Below, piece after piece: positions 51,061-63,669 of a stretch of 64,000 bases of DNA. The number at the start of each line of letters is the position of its first letter. Positions within the stretch are counted from its first letter, which is position 1. Position numbers and translations under genes: made by a program. The stretch spans positions 39,724,514 to 39,788,513 of the forward strand of contig JAUZTB010000076.1 in the NCBI GenBank assembly GCA_034780895.1, given 5' to 3'. Under the pieces are notes generated by a model. That model searched no databases. It saw only the letters and a list, made by a program, of their open reading frames with translations, and had not been told where the DNA came from. This DNA is from Rhynchobatus australiae. Lineage: Eukaryota.

Positions 51061-51491
51061 CTGAAAGGATTTAAAAAAGGTTGAAAGTTGGTACAGAATT
51101 TTAAATCAGCTACAAAAACAAAATACTGCAGATGAAAATAGAATGAAACTGAAAATGTTGGAATACTAAGGTCAACATAACCTTTATACTGAAAGGTTAC
51201 TAATATAAAATTTTAAAATGCTTATATCTTCATGGAAGCTACCTGATCTGAGCACATCCACTATTTTGTTTTGTTTAATCAAACTGGCCTCATTGGGAAG
51301 AGAAGGCAGCAAATTCTGATGGTTGCGACAAAAGTCCCCTTGCAGTCTTCCCATAAATTCTAGCCGGTTTTCTTCTTCATCACATCACCCAATGCACCTC
51401 CTACCACTCCACTCCACCACCCCCCAATTACTCACACATCCCCCAAGTTAATAACCCATTAACAGAGTGTACACCTCTTCAGATTACTCAC

Positions 51492-51606
51492 CATGTAAAT
51501 TTGGACTTGGCAATATATTGCAGAAGTTAAGATAGGGATTGTTTGGTATTTTTAGATCATTTGGTGGGACTCCCAGCAATGACGATTGGTTGCCCACTGC
51601 AGCATT
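51492..51606 (-). CDS. RAVER2: RAVER2 exon with PRI motif SLLGVPP
   Basis: Acceptor ttttgtttctgtgcag| and donor g|gtgagt; 115 bp, phase 0-1. Reads NAAVGNQSSLLGVPPNDLKIPNNPYLNFCNILPSPNLH, homologous to NQTSLLGEPPKEIRLSKNPYLNLASVLP. Confidence 0.92.
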
Positions 51607-53447
51607 CTGCACAGAAACAAAACTTTGAATTAAAAAGTTTATTCTATTAATCATCCATTATGAAATATAGAACACACAGTTTAAAATAGAGCTATTTTCT
51701 TGATTCACATTGAATGGTATTAGGCTAAACGATGATGGCTGTTGCCAGCGATTCTGAAAGGTACTGCATGCAAGTACATTCTGGATCTGGACCTGACTTA
51801 TGGCGAGATCTCTATTCATTTAAAAAGGGATCCCCAAATGGGAGCCAAGTATTAAAAAGATCAAGACACTTTAAATGGGTAAACATTTTATTAATTATTT
51901 GTACTTTAATGTTTTAATTTTACTACATTTAGAATTTCTTCAATTAAAATATCAGAGACATTTAAAAACTATTATGGAGCTTTAGACTCAAAGGAAATGA
52001 GACTCCATTCCCCCAGCCCCTATCAAAGGCTGTCAAAGCTTTCTGGGATGAAATCTCAGCCTGAAACCTGCCAGGGCTTATTCACTTGGACCACATCTCA
52101 GACCAAGGCTTACATGGTGTGGAGGAGCAAGTTCAGCTGCTGGGCTGAACGGAGCACAAATCAGTCCGACAGATTTAAAAATTAATAGAATGTGTTTATA
52201 GTCATGAAATTGGCAGTGATTAGAAGATTAAATTGAAAACTGGCAATCAAATACATCAGGTTTCTTATAACTAAAGCTAAACTCTTCACTTCCTCCACAC
52301 ATCTGGGCACCAACTTTTACTGGAGATAGTTTCTCCAAAACCATAAGTACTTTGCATTTTGACCAAATGTCAACATTTGTGAATTAAAACACTGATAACA
52401 AGCAGGCTATATTAGTGTTAGTAAGATTGAAATTACATGTGCCTATGATCATTATTAGTTCACATCTCTCAGCCATGCTAGCAAACATGAAGTGGTTAGT
52501 GGCCCCCTAACAGCTGCCTTTAAGAAAAATTAATTTTTTAACAAAATAAAAATGGTTAAAAAAATATCCAAGTTATTAAAATTTTTATTCCTTCAGAGGA
52601 CATTGCTGGCATTTATCATCCATCCCTAATTCCCTCAAACTGAATCGAAGTACTTCTAGAGTTAATAGATCTGACCAGTATGACTAGCAGATTCCGCTTC
52701 CTGAAAGGTATTAATAACCAGAGGGATAAATATTTGATAGTTTCATCATTTTGTTATGATAATAACCAAATGTTACTGCTTCATTCTACTGCTGATTGAT
52801 TTTTTAATGTCCCAATACTCACTGTGCTGTATTTAGCAAGAGATTTAAAAATCAACACTAAGTCATGAAATTATTAGGTTTCAGGTTTACATACGGCCAT
52901 GTTATTTATATTTGTTTTATTCATGAACTGTTGCCCAAAGTTTCAACTTAGTTTTAAACAAACTCTCTCTACATAGATAACCAAGTCCAGAAGATCAGTT
53001 ATGGGACAGAGGAAATTAAGGTTTATATTCATTCAAATAATTATTGCTGATTTACTCAGGATTCCTAATAAAGGGTTATTTCAAGGACATCCAAGGACAC
53101 AAAAAACAAAAAGATATCCTTATTACAAATGACAAAAATGAAAATATCTAATTGATTTTCAGGGTTGGAGATATTCCTTTTCCACATGGCATACTATCAT
53201 TGTATTTAAGTTAAATTGCAGCTGTTCAAATAAAACTAGCATTAATTTAAGATCCAGCTTTTGAACAATTATACAGGAGATCTGTCACAGCACACAACAG
53301 AAACATTATTATAATGCATATCCTCAAGAATTCCAACTTTCAGTCATATTTTCCATACTTCTAATAAAACACAAGTACAGAGTAGAGGGAAAATTACTAA
53401 GAGATGGGAAGATAGATAGAAAGGGTAAGAAAGTACAAAATTCTTAC

Positions 53448-53728
53448 CCAAAATGTCCCAGTCACAGGTGTAGTTGGTTGAGTTTGCTGCTTTTGGTGGC
53501 TGGCCAACAAGCCACCCAGAACAAAATTGGGAACGGCTTGAAGATGAGCCTGGCTAATAGGAGCAGAAAGTGAGGGTGGCCCCATGACCAGATTTGGCTT
53601 TTCCAAGAGGGTTTTCTGCTCATCTTGCCCCAAGAACTTCTGATTGGACCAAAATGGCAAAGTCCCCACTGGTGGCGGTGCAGCTGCTTTAGCAAATTCA
53701 GTACTAAATGCAGGAACCGGAATACCTG
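53448..53728 (-). CDS. RAVER2: RAVER2 internal exon
   Basis: Acceptor tatttcccag|cag (NAGNAG) and donor tgg|gtaaga; 281 bp, phase 1-0. Includes VGTLPFWSNQ...QAHLQAVPNFVLGGLLASHQKQQTQP, matching RAVER2 MGMLPFFPNQ...QPYLQSFPNLAAGSLLVGHHKQQQSQP. Confidence 0.87.
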
Positions 53729-55092
53729 CTGGGAAATAACAATTGTTGATTACAGAGTAACTGAATTACTTTCAAAATGTGTTTTAAAGCAATTGTGACC
53801 ATTTTAAATACAGACTTATTTATTTTCGGAAGATGAATGCATTTCTTTTAGTGGGAAACAACGCCAATAAAGCTAATATATTTCACCTTCTGGCTGTTTC
53901 ACTTCATTATATACGCATACTAGTCAGAACCCAAGAGAAATGTTAATGCGAAGAATATCCCATTCACACACAAGGGGTACTCAAAGATTTGGTCAAAACA
54001 TAGTTTTGTGTAATCCAATGAGCTTTCCTATTTATTGCATCTTTTATTTACAAAGACAAATTTCCAATAGCAACACAATCTTAGTATTTGGTGATTGCCT
54101 TATAATAGTCAAAGAAGAAAATCACCACATCCTTCAGCAGTCCAGAGGACAAGAGAGTGTTTGAATATCAAAACTTCCTGACATGTTTCTGAGAACATGC
54201 AGTATTGACTGCAGGCACCTCAAAGCATAGAGGCATAGAATCATACAATATGAAAACAAACCATTCAGTCCACCACATAAACACCGATCAGTGATAAGCA
54301 ATGGAGAGATATCATCTTTCTTCACAAAAACTCTCTCAATCCACTGACAGGATAAGTGAACAAACATTACATTTTGCCCCAGGTCAACATCCCCGACATT
54401 GACATTCTAATTACCCTCAGTGAGCTCTGGTGAGTGGGCAAATCCTCAACACCAGACTCCCAAAACAGGTATTCTATTCCAAGCCCAGTCATGGCAAAAC
54501 ATTACAGGTAGACAGAGGAAAACCTCTGAGGACATTCTGAGTATAATTATATGTGTAACATTCCCACTGACTGTGGGAATCCCTGGCCCATGATCAGTCA
54601 AAATGGAGGAGCAGCATTCAGTATAGCATGAGAACTTCGATTCCATGCACTGGGAAAATGCAGAAATCCAGCGTGAACAATGCAAGGATTGCTCCACCTC
54701 CCAAACTACCCACTCCCTGTCCCACAATGGCAGAGTCTCCAGGTCCCACAATGACCTCATTAAATCTCCTCAGGTTCAGAGTAGGGATCAGTGCTGAGGT
54801 TCAATAAGTGCAAAACCTATTTCAGTCATTTGGATAAGCATACTGTGTAATATATCCATAATTACTGATGAGAAAGCTAGAGGGCAGTGACAGTTGTGGA
54901 GCAGAATATAGAAGGACTTCACAGGGATATAGTTACTCTATTCTGAGGAATTCCCAAGACACAATATTCCCACAATGTTTATAATATGCCAGTTCCAAGT
55001 CCTCAACACTCATTTCATTCATTAACCAGTCAAGATTATTCTATGGTTCAAAGTAATTTATCAGCAACGCCTCTCAAAAGATTTCATTTTAC

Positions 55093-55201
55093 CCTTTGAT
55101 GATTCGGCCAAAGTCCCTTTCCCAGGATTTGATGTCATGGTTGATCCAAGCCCCATTGCTCCCTGAAGTAACAAGGAAGGGTTTCCCAGTAAACTGGACT
55201 T
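55093..55201 (-). CDS. RAVER2: RAVER2 internal exon
   Basis: Acceptor cttttaatttccag| and donor aagg|gtaaaa; 109 bp, phase 0-1. Reads KSSLLGNPSLLLQGAMGLGSTMTSNPGKGTLAESSK, homologous to KPGLLGEPPAVVLQTALGIG. Confidence 0.85.
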
Positions 55202-55479
55202 CTGGAAATTAAAAGTCAAGAAAATCAATAAATATTTTATTCAATACATTACTGAATTTTTTCCTCCAACACTTGAAGGAATCAACATACCCCTGGTGTG
55301 CCAACTGCCTCTGAGTACTTTTTTTGTGGCCATTCTTCATGCATGATTCATGGGCTGGTCCACCATACAGTGTTAGATCAGAACCAACAATCTTGTTCCC
55401 TGAAGTCCACTTCTGAAGAGTGGGTAGCAATCAGAAATGCAAACCCTGTTTTTTTGGGAGGTTTTCCCTAGCCAAAACT

Positions 55480-57050
55480 AATGGGTGCCACAGGGATTAA
55501 TGCTGAGATCCAAAGTTCAAACCCTATATTAATGATCTGGATAAGCCAACCATACAGTATATCCATAATCATTGATGAGAAAATTAGAGGGCAGCGACAA
55601 TTGAGAAGGATAGAAGGGGATATATATAAGTTTTATTTCTTCTGAAGACATTGCTTGTATTTTGTATACAAGTGCCTTTAGAGGGGCATAGACAAGCCAA
55701 AATGGATGGGTGAGGACATAAAGATGGAATATAACGTGGAAAATACTTAAGCCATTTTGGTACAGAAAATAGAAAAACTGTTTTTTTTAAAATGGCAAGA
55801 GAGTGAAAAGAGTTGGCATTAAAAGAGACTTGTGTGCCCTTGTAAACAAACAATAAAGTTAATGCATCCATAACTTTCTTGAACAACAAGTTAGTGAACC
55901 TACAAGGGAAAATGCTATTTTAGATTTGGTCCCATGCAATGAGACAGGTAAAATTAACAATCTTGCAGTTAGGGACTCTCTTGGAAAGAGTGNNNNNNNN
56001 NNNNNNNNNNNNNNNNNNNNNNNNNNNNNNNNNNNNNNNNNNNNNNNNNNNNNNNNNNNNNNNNNNNNNNNNNNNNNNNNNNNNNNNNNNNNNNNNNNNN
56101 NNNNNNNNNNNNNNNNNNNNNNNNNNNNNNNNNNNNNNNNNNNNNNNNNNNNNNNNNNNNNNNNNNNNNNNNNNNNNNNNNNNNNNNNNNNNNNNNNNNN
56201 NNNNNNNNNNNNNNNNNNNNNNNNNNNNNNNNNNNNNNNNNNNNNNNNNNNNNNNNNNNNNNNNNNNNNNNNNNNNNNNNNNNNNNNNNNNNNNNNNNNN
56301 NNNNNNNNNNNNNNNNNNNNNNNNNNNNNNNNNNNNNNNNNNNNNNNNNNNNNNNNNNNNNNNNNNNNNNNNNNNNNNNNNNNNNNNNNNNNNNNNNNNN
56401 NNNNNNNNNNNNNNNNNNNNNNNNNNNNNNNNNNNNNNNNNNNNNNNNNNNNNNNNNNNNNNNNNNNNNNNNNNNNNNNNNNNNNNNNNNNNNNNNNNNN
56501 NNNNNNNNNNNNNNNNNNNNNNNNNNNNNNNNNNNNNNNNNNNNNNNNNNNNNNNNNNNNNNNNNNNNNNNNNNNNNNNNNNNNNNNNNNNNNNNNNNNN
56601 NNNNNNNNNNNNNNNNNNNNNNNNNNNNNNNNGGGGGGGGGGGGGGGGGGGGGGGGGGAGGTGGAGGGGGGCAAGTTGTCCTGTGAGGAAAGATTAGTTT
56701 GTCATATTCTTTCTGGAGTCAAGAATAAAAGCTGATCTCAATGAAACGTACAAAATTCTCACTGGGTACAACAGGTTAGACATAGGGATAAAATTTCCCT
56801 TGGGTGGGGTGTCGAGAATCTTGGAATGAGGAAAAATAAAAATCACCCAGAGAACAGTGAATGTTTAGAATTCTCAACACAAGAGGACTATGGTGGCTTA
56901 ATCTCAGAGCATATCAAAGGCAAATCAATTTTCTTGGATATTTAAGGACATGGAGTTTGTACAGTAAAGTACTGAGGTAAAAGATCAGCCATGATCTTAT
57001 CAAATGATGAAGCAACAATGAAGTATCTAATGTCTGCTCTTGCTTCTTAT
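55480..57050 (+). mobile_element. Degenerate CR1 LINE (spans a gap)
   Basis: ggtgccacagggattaatgctg RT motif and, after the gap, gatctcaatgaaacgtacaaaattct plus a 3' tail. Confidence 0.55.
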
Positions 57051-58239
57051 TTTAAATCAATGCAACAGCTCTATCACCAACTAACTGATGAGTAATTAAG
57101 TGTGGATGAAAAATAGAACAGTATGCATATTTGAGAAGTACAATATGACCAATTGACCCATCATGATCTTCACCAAAATAAATCTTTTTAGTTACCCAGA
57201 AGACAAATTCTGCTCCAAAGTCTATAACAGACCCAAAAATTCTAAAGACAAATTTTACACTTCAGCAATGGGTTACATCTGATTAGTGTGTTACATATAT
57301 ATGTACACACACACTGAATCACTTTAGGAAGTACATCTTCAACTTAACCCACTTTTATTCCTATAATGGAATTTAATGGTGTAATTCACTACCCCCCCCC
57401 CCCCACCCCACACAAATATCTGATCAAAGAACCAGGCAGAATATGCTTACTAGAGACATTTTTGAATAATTATTTTTAAGGAATCAAAAACCTGGTGGCT
57501 TCAGATCCAAATTTGTTAGTTTGGGAAGGTATACTTTAATGTAATCCAAATTGTCACATGGGAAAAATTGCTATATTCCTCTANNNNNNNNNNNNNNNNN
57601 NNNNNNNNNNNNNNNNNNNNNNNNNNNNNNNNNNNNNNNNNNNNNNNNNNNNNNNNNNNNNNNNNNNNNNNNNNNNNNNNNNNNNNNNNNNNNNNNNNNN
57701 NNNNNNNNNNNNNNNNNNNNNNNNNNNNNNNNNNNNNNNNNNNNNNNNNNNNNNNNNNNNNNNNNNNNNNNNNNNNNNNNNNNNNNNNNNNNNNNNNNNN
57801 NNNNNNNNNNTGATGATCCAATATACTTGTTACTTCTTCTTGCACCTTTTAAAAATGGAAGTCAGTCCCCAAAAGTCTTCAGTCCCAACCTATTCTTCCC
57901 ATTGGTACTCCCCTTCGACAGGATTTCACATCTGATCCACCCAGCCTCTGGATATTCCTTGCCCTTCAATTTGCAGGGAGATTTCTTAAGTCAGAGCAGG
58001 AAAATTATACCAGGCACAATGAACTAATATCAGTTCAAAATGCTTCCCATATTAAATAACATTCATGTGGGGTGAGGGAGTAAGAAAAGGAGAGGCGAGC
58101 CAGAGAAGGGAAGAACAACTGATGCTACACAGTTAAGAGAAAGTGGCATCAACCTGGGGCAAGGAGCTTTGACGAGAGGGCTGGAGCAAAGACATTCAGA
58201 GGTTTAGGCTGCTCCCTGAACTTTTCTTAGATTTTTTGA

Positions 58240-59490
58240 TCATGTCCATTGTGCCTCTTGAAGTGCAGCATACCCTTTACAATTCTGGGAGGAGATGGTT
58301 ATGGCGAATTCTTGAGATGAATTCCCCTGTAGCAGACTGCAAGGAGACTTATCTGTGATTACTTCTCCTTTTCTCAAGATGGCCATGATTACAGCATCAG
58401 ATCTCGTAGCGTGCTTTCCTCTTCCCATATGAAGGGAAGGTGGTCATGAACTTGCATTAAAATATTTCTGCCACGTCACTGTACTGAGCAGGGATTCCGT
58501 CTGTTCCAGAGGTTTTGTTTTTCAACTGGGCTGGGTTCACATCGACTTTATAGCAGATCAGGTTACAACATATTGCTTGCATATGTGCATATTTTGAAGC
58601 CATACGTACAAGATGACAGGCCTTAACATTAAGCATCTGGAAGACCAAGGTCCTTCACTCAGAACACTGCCCACCAAACACTCATCTCCCCACCCTCCAT
58701 TAATCCATATCCATCTAGAGATCCTGATTAATATTGATCACTTCCTATTTCTCAGGAGCCACCTGCCAGCAATGCCAGATACAAGATACGTAATCTATTG
58801 CCAGCTCTCACTGGCATCTTTTGCCAGCTGCAGAAGAAGTGTATTCAAGGACCAAGGCCTCAAACAGCACCAAATGTAGCAGCAGTGATCCCTGCCTACT
58901 TTTATAATTCAGAGACATGGCCATCTTATGACAAGTACATAAAGCCCTAGAGTACCACCAACAGTGCCCCTGCAAATTCTCCCAAATCCACCTGCAGGAT
59001 GAGCAAACCAATGTTGGCACCGTCTCCCAGGTCAACATCCCAACATCAAGACTGATCACACTCAACCTGCTTTGATGCACAAGCCACAATATCTGTACAT
59101 CTAACACCAGATTTCAAAATTCAAAAGTAAGCATTCTGTTCCAAATATCATTACAGTAAGCAATTTCCTAGGTGGACAGAATGATATCCACAAAACTTCC
59201 TCAAAAAAATTAACAGCCTTGTCAACTCATGGAAATCCTTGACCCAATACTGCTAAGTAGTGGAGAAGCATCCATGATGGCATAGAGTACTTTGAGGTTC
59301 CTATTTGGCATCCAAATACAAGCAGGAGAACCACACAAGAACCCAATCAACCCATGCACCTGCCCCACTATTCCTTCTCATGGTAAAGTCTGCAGGTCCC
59401 ACACAGGATTCAGTTCCCTCAAAAGCCAGAGAACTACCATAAAGCAAATAGTGCTCAATTTTGAGGGACTGCTTAAGAAGTCCTAATATT
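58240..59490 (+). mobile_element. Degenerate RTE LINE fragments
   Basis: LKNKTSGTDGIPA-type motif (this part on -) and an RTE 3' region similar to 39000-39340 and 43385-43740. Mixed orientation; boundaries approximate. Confidence 0.5.
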
Positions 59491-59879
59491 TTTATAGGTA
59501 CAATTACAGTGAGTTATTAATAACTGTTAGTTACATCATGACTGCCTAAGAAAAATGGGTCTAAATTTCCAAGCCACAGAAATTGGGAGTGCCTGAAAGG
59601 CCAGAATGGGAGAGGGCAGGGAACTTGGTGAGTCAGAGGCTAAAGCAGGATGCAGGGAGAGGGCGAGGCTGGCAGGGAGCTGAGCACAAGGATAAATGTA
59701 AACTTGCTCACATCTGAAGAAACAAAGCAGTAAAGATAACTCCCTCACTCTGAAGCAAAAGCAGCTTCTGGGGAGGAAAGTTAGAGTCTTTGGAGTGACA
59801 ATGTCAATGGCCAAGCAGACACTGCCCAGAGCACTGCTGACACCATCAGTCACTCCATTCAGCCCTACATCGCCAGAGC

Positions 59880-60893
59880 TAGGACTTCTCAAAATGTAGC
59901 AATTCACACTCGTCCCATCTGCCATTCCTTGGCCCATTTTCCCCGCTGGTCTAGATCCTGGTAATCTGAGATAAACTTCTTCACTTCTTCCACACCACCA
60001 ATTTTGGTGTCATCCACAAACTTACTAACCACATCACCTACACTCTCATCCAAATAGTTAATGAGAATCAAAAACACAAGACCCAGCACAGATCTCTGTG
60101 GCACACTGCTGGTCACAGGTCTCCAATATGAAAAACAACCCTCCACCTCCTACCACCAAGCCAACTTTGTATCCAAATGGCTAGCTCACCCTGGTTCCAA
60201 TGTGATCTAATGTTCAAAACTGGCCTACCATCAATGTCTACCGACCTGCCCTCATCAATATTCTTAGTAACCACTTTAAAAAGCTCAAATCAAATTTGTG
60301 AGACACGAGTTTCCCACGCACAAAGCCATGCTGACTACCCCTAATCAGTCCTTGTCTTTCCAAATACACATAGATCCTGTCTCTCAGAATCCCTTCCAGT
60401 AATTTTCCCACCACTGATGTTAAGCTCACCAGCTTGTAGTTCCTTGGCTTGTCCTTGCAGCTCTTCTTTAAAGCACAATATTAACAACTCTCCAGTCTTC
60501 CAGTACCTCACCCGTGGCTAATAAATGATACAAATCTGTCAGGGCCCCAACAATTTCTTCCCTAGCTTCCCACTATGTCCTAGGGTACACTTGGTCAGAC
60601 TTCACAAATTTATCCACTTCACGCACCTCAACACCACCAGTACCTCCTCTTTTGTAATGTGGATATGTTTTAGGAATCACTATTCTCTTTCTTGAATCCT
60701 CTAGTTTCTGTGACCTCCACTGTAAATACGGACAAGAAATACTCATTCAAGACCTTGTCCATCTCCTTGGTTCCACACACTGACAATCACACTGATCCTT
60801 CAGGGGACCTATTCTCTTCCTTGTTTCTCTTTTTGCTCTTAATATACTTAGAGAATCTCTTAGGATTCTCTTTTACTTTATCTTTCAAAACTA
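59880..60893 (-). mobile_element. CR1 LINE RT fragment
   Basis: SLTSVVGKLLEGILRDRI, QHGFVRGK, VTSSVPQRSVLG, SKFVDDTKIGG. Confidence 0.88.
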
Positions 60894-61171
60894 NNNNNNN
60901 NNNNNNNNNNNNNNNNNNNNNNNNNNNNNNNNNNNNNNNNNNNNNNNNNNNNNNNNNNNNNNNNNNNNNNNNNNNNNNNNNNNNNNNNNNNNNNNNNNNN
61001 NNNNNNNNNNNNNNNNNNNNNNNNNNNNNNNNNNNNNNNNNNNNNNNNNNNNNNNNNNNNNNNNNNNNNNNNNNNNNNNNNNNNNNNNNNNNNNNNNNNN
61101 NNNNNNNNNNNNNNNNNNNNNNNNNNNNNNNNNNNNNNNNNNNNNNNNNNNNNNNNNNNNNNNNNNNNNNN

Positions 61172-62760
61172 CCCATCAACAACATCCTGGTGGATTTGCA
61201 TTGACCAGAAACTGTATAGGATCAGCCACAAAAGTACTGGAGCTGAGTACAAGGGTGATAAGCGTCTGCTACTGGGAACCAGCCAAGATGGTTCTAGACT
61301 AGTTCAGGTGGAATGCAGGTGCTCCACCAAGTGGTCACTGAATCTGCAACTGATTTCTCCAATGCAGAGGAGAACATATTGCAAACACTAGACTGGAAAA
61401 TGAGCAAATGAATCGCTGCTTCACCTGGAAGGACTGTTTGGGTCCCTGAATGGTAGGAGGATGTAAAAGAGCTCATGTCAAATGGGAAAGCAAAATCTAT
61501 AATGGTTGGCAGAGATGGAAGAGCAGACAATGGGGTCACAAAGGGAACAGTCACTTCAGAATGCTGAGGAAACAGGTCATATGCCTGGTGATGGAAATTG
61601 CAAAGGATGTTTAATTGTGTGCAGAGCGGAGGTTGGGGCTTGGGGAAGGAATGGGGAGGGATTTAAGACTGCAGGACCCCTAACTTGGCTGGGAGAAGGA
61701 CTGAGAGCAGAAGTGCAGACAATAGATCTGTTATAGTTGAGGACTTTGCCTGGAACGTTTGAGGGGAAGCCACGGTTATGTCCATATCCCTCCATTCTCT
61801 GCACTCTGCCTCTTAAAAGCTTCTATCATATTTGCCTCCACAACCACCTCCGGCAGCACATTCCAGGCACCCACTACCGTGTAAAAACACTTGCCCCGCA
61901 TATCTCCTTTGAACTTACCCCCCTTCACTTTAAATGCATTCCATCTAGTATTAGACATNNNNNNNNNNNNNNNNNNNNNNNNNNNNNNNNNNNNNNNNNN
62001 NNNNNNNNNNNNNNNNNNNNNNNNNNNNNNNNNNNNNNNNNNNNNNNNNNNNNNNNNNNNNNNNNNNNNNNNNNNNNNNNNNNNNNNNNNNNNNNNNNNN
62101 NNNNNNNNNNNNNNNNNNNNNNNNNNNNNNNNNNNNNNNNNNNNNNNNNNNNNNNNNNNNNNNNNNNNNNNNNNNNNNNNNNNNNNNNNNNNNNNNNNNN
62201 NNNNNNNNGGCCTAACCAGCGTTTGAAAAGCTGCAACATAACTTCCTGATTCTTGAACTGAATACCTCGACTAATAAAGGCAAGCATGCCATACGTCTTT
62301 CTTTACTACCCTATCAACTTGTGCAGCCACTTTCAGGGAGATATGGACAGCACACAACAACCACAATCATAAGATGGAAACTGTGGAAAAAAGATCTCAC
62401 AAGAAAATGAGGTCAGTGACGATCTGGGAGACAATGATCTAGTGTTCAGAAGTGGGGTCATAATCCAGAGGGAGGCATATGAATTCAAGTATGTCCTCTT
62501 TGAGTAGATGACTGGTTAGCCAAAAACAAAAGCACCAGCATTTGTGCAAGCTGCAGCAAGAACAACAGCATCAGTGAGCGGAGTACTCGTTGGAAGGAGG
62601 GTAGGTTATAGTAACTAAGGGGAGTGAAGATATCGAGACAGTCAGTGTTAGTTAGCTCACTTTTCCTCTCTCCATAGGCAATGCCTGATCTACTAAGCAT
62701 ACCTGGCATTTCCTTTTGGTTTCAGCAACAGATCTGACTTGCATTTCACAGCTTTACATG
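61172..62760 (-). mobile_element. Penelope-like element remnant (RT and GIY-YIG endonuclease), interrupted by a CR1
   Basis: Minus strand TIQGPKQSFQVKQRFICSFSSLV, frameshift, LLCIGEISCRFSDHLVEHLHS (decayed GIY-YIG) at about 61300-61460. YASLWIMTP / LDYDPTSEH*IIVSQIVTDL at about 62410-62480. Confidence 0.72.
61775..62350 (-). mobile_element. CR1 3' fragment nested in the Penelope-like element
   Basis: AFKVKGGKFKGDMRGK and MLAFISRGIQFKNQEVMLQL. Confidence 0.8.
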
Positions 62761-63091
62761 CTCCTTTGTTGTCCGTCTCATTATATGCCCTAATTAAATC
62801 TATTAATAAGGCAGCTCTATAAACATTGGGCAATTCTAGCCTTACCCCTATTCATTACTCCCACAATGTCTCTTCAAGTTAAATTTGTTTTTTCACTTTC
62901 CCAGTTTTGAAGGGTCTTCAACCTGCTATATTAACTGTTTCTCTTTCCACCAATACTGCTTGATCCACTGAGCATTTCCAACATTTACTGTTTTCATTTC
63001 AGATTATCAGCAATTTTTTTTTAAAACATGACAATACAAATCTAGTTAAGAACTACGAGGCTGTATCAACTCATCTCAATTACAAACTCAC

Positions 63092-63190
63092 ATTGTTGAT
63101 CGCTGGATTTTCTTTGTTCAGCAGCAGTTGTTGTCGTACCACCTGCATTCGCAGTAGATTCTGAAACAATCCATTCCCCAATGCAGCATT
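63092..63190 (-). CDS. RAVER2: RAVER2 internal exon (most 5' one in the window; RRM exons lie beyond 64000)
   Basis: Acceptor aacttcctacttag| and donor aat|gtgagt; 99 bp, phase 0-0. Reads NAALGNGLFQNLLRMQVVRQQLLLNKENPAINN, homologous to SSVMGNTSNLFLQNLSHIPLAQQQLMKFENIHTNN. Confidence 0.85.
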
Positions 63191-63669
63191 CTAAGTAGGA
63201 AGTTAATTTGTTAACATGTAGCTTGTACAATCAAGCTGATCATTCATCCACACAAAAATTATCTGCCCAAGTTAATTGAAATAAAAAAAATTAAAAGAAT
63301 ATTTTATTCTTTGTCAGATATTAAGAGAAGTAGATATAATTATTTTCACAGATAACCAGGTATACATTTCTAGGTTTGAGCAGCACTAGTCAAAAGCCAC
63401 AAACAACTCTTCAGTCAACAACGTAACTCCTTTCCACCAGTGAAGACAATGGAGCAGTCTAAAACGAGAGCCAACATTGCAATGTTCCAGTCTGGGAAGA
63501 AATTCCAGTTTTGAAGAATGAACATTACAAAATCAAGTATTTTTAAGGGGCTGGATTGGAAGAGAATAGGCCATTGGACTCCTTTGAGAAAAAAAATAAG
63601 AGCTTTCTTCTGGCTTTCATGAACATTCAGTACAAGTTTCGCTTTTCCTTCAGTAAAGCAAAACCAACT

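Noticed and set aside
56633-56671. Long poly-G next to a gap (possible G-quadruplex)
   Set aside because: A homopolymer at a contig end; its length is unreliable and may be a sequencing artefact.
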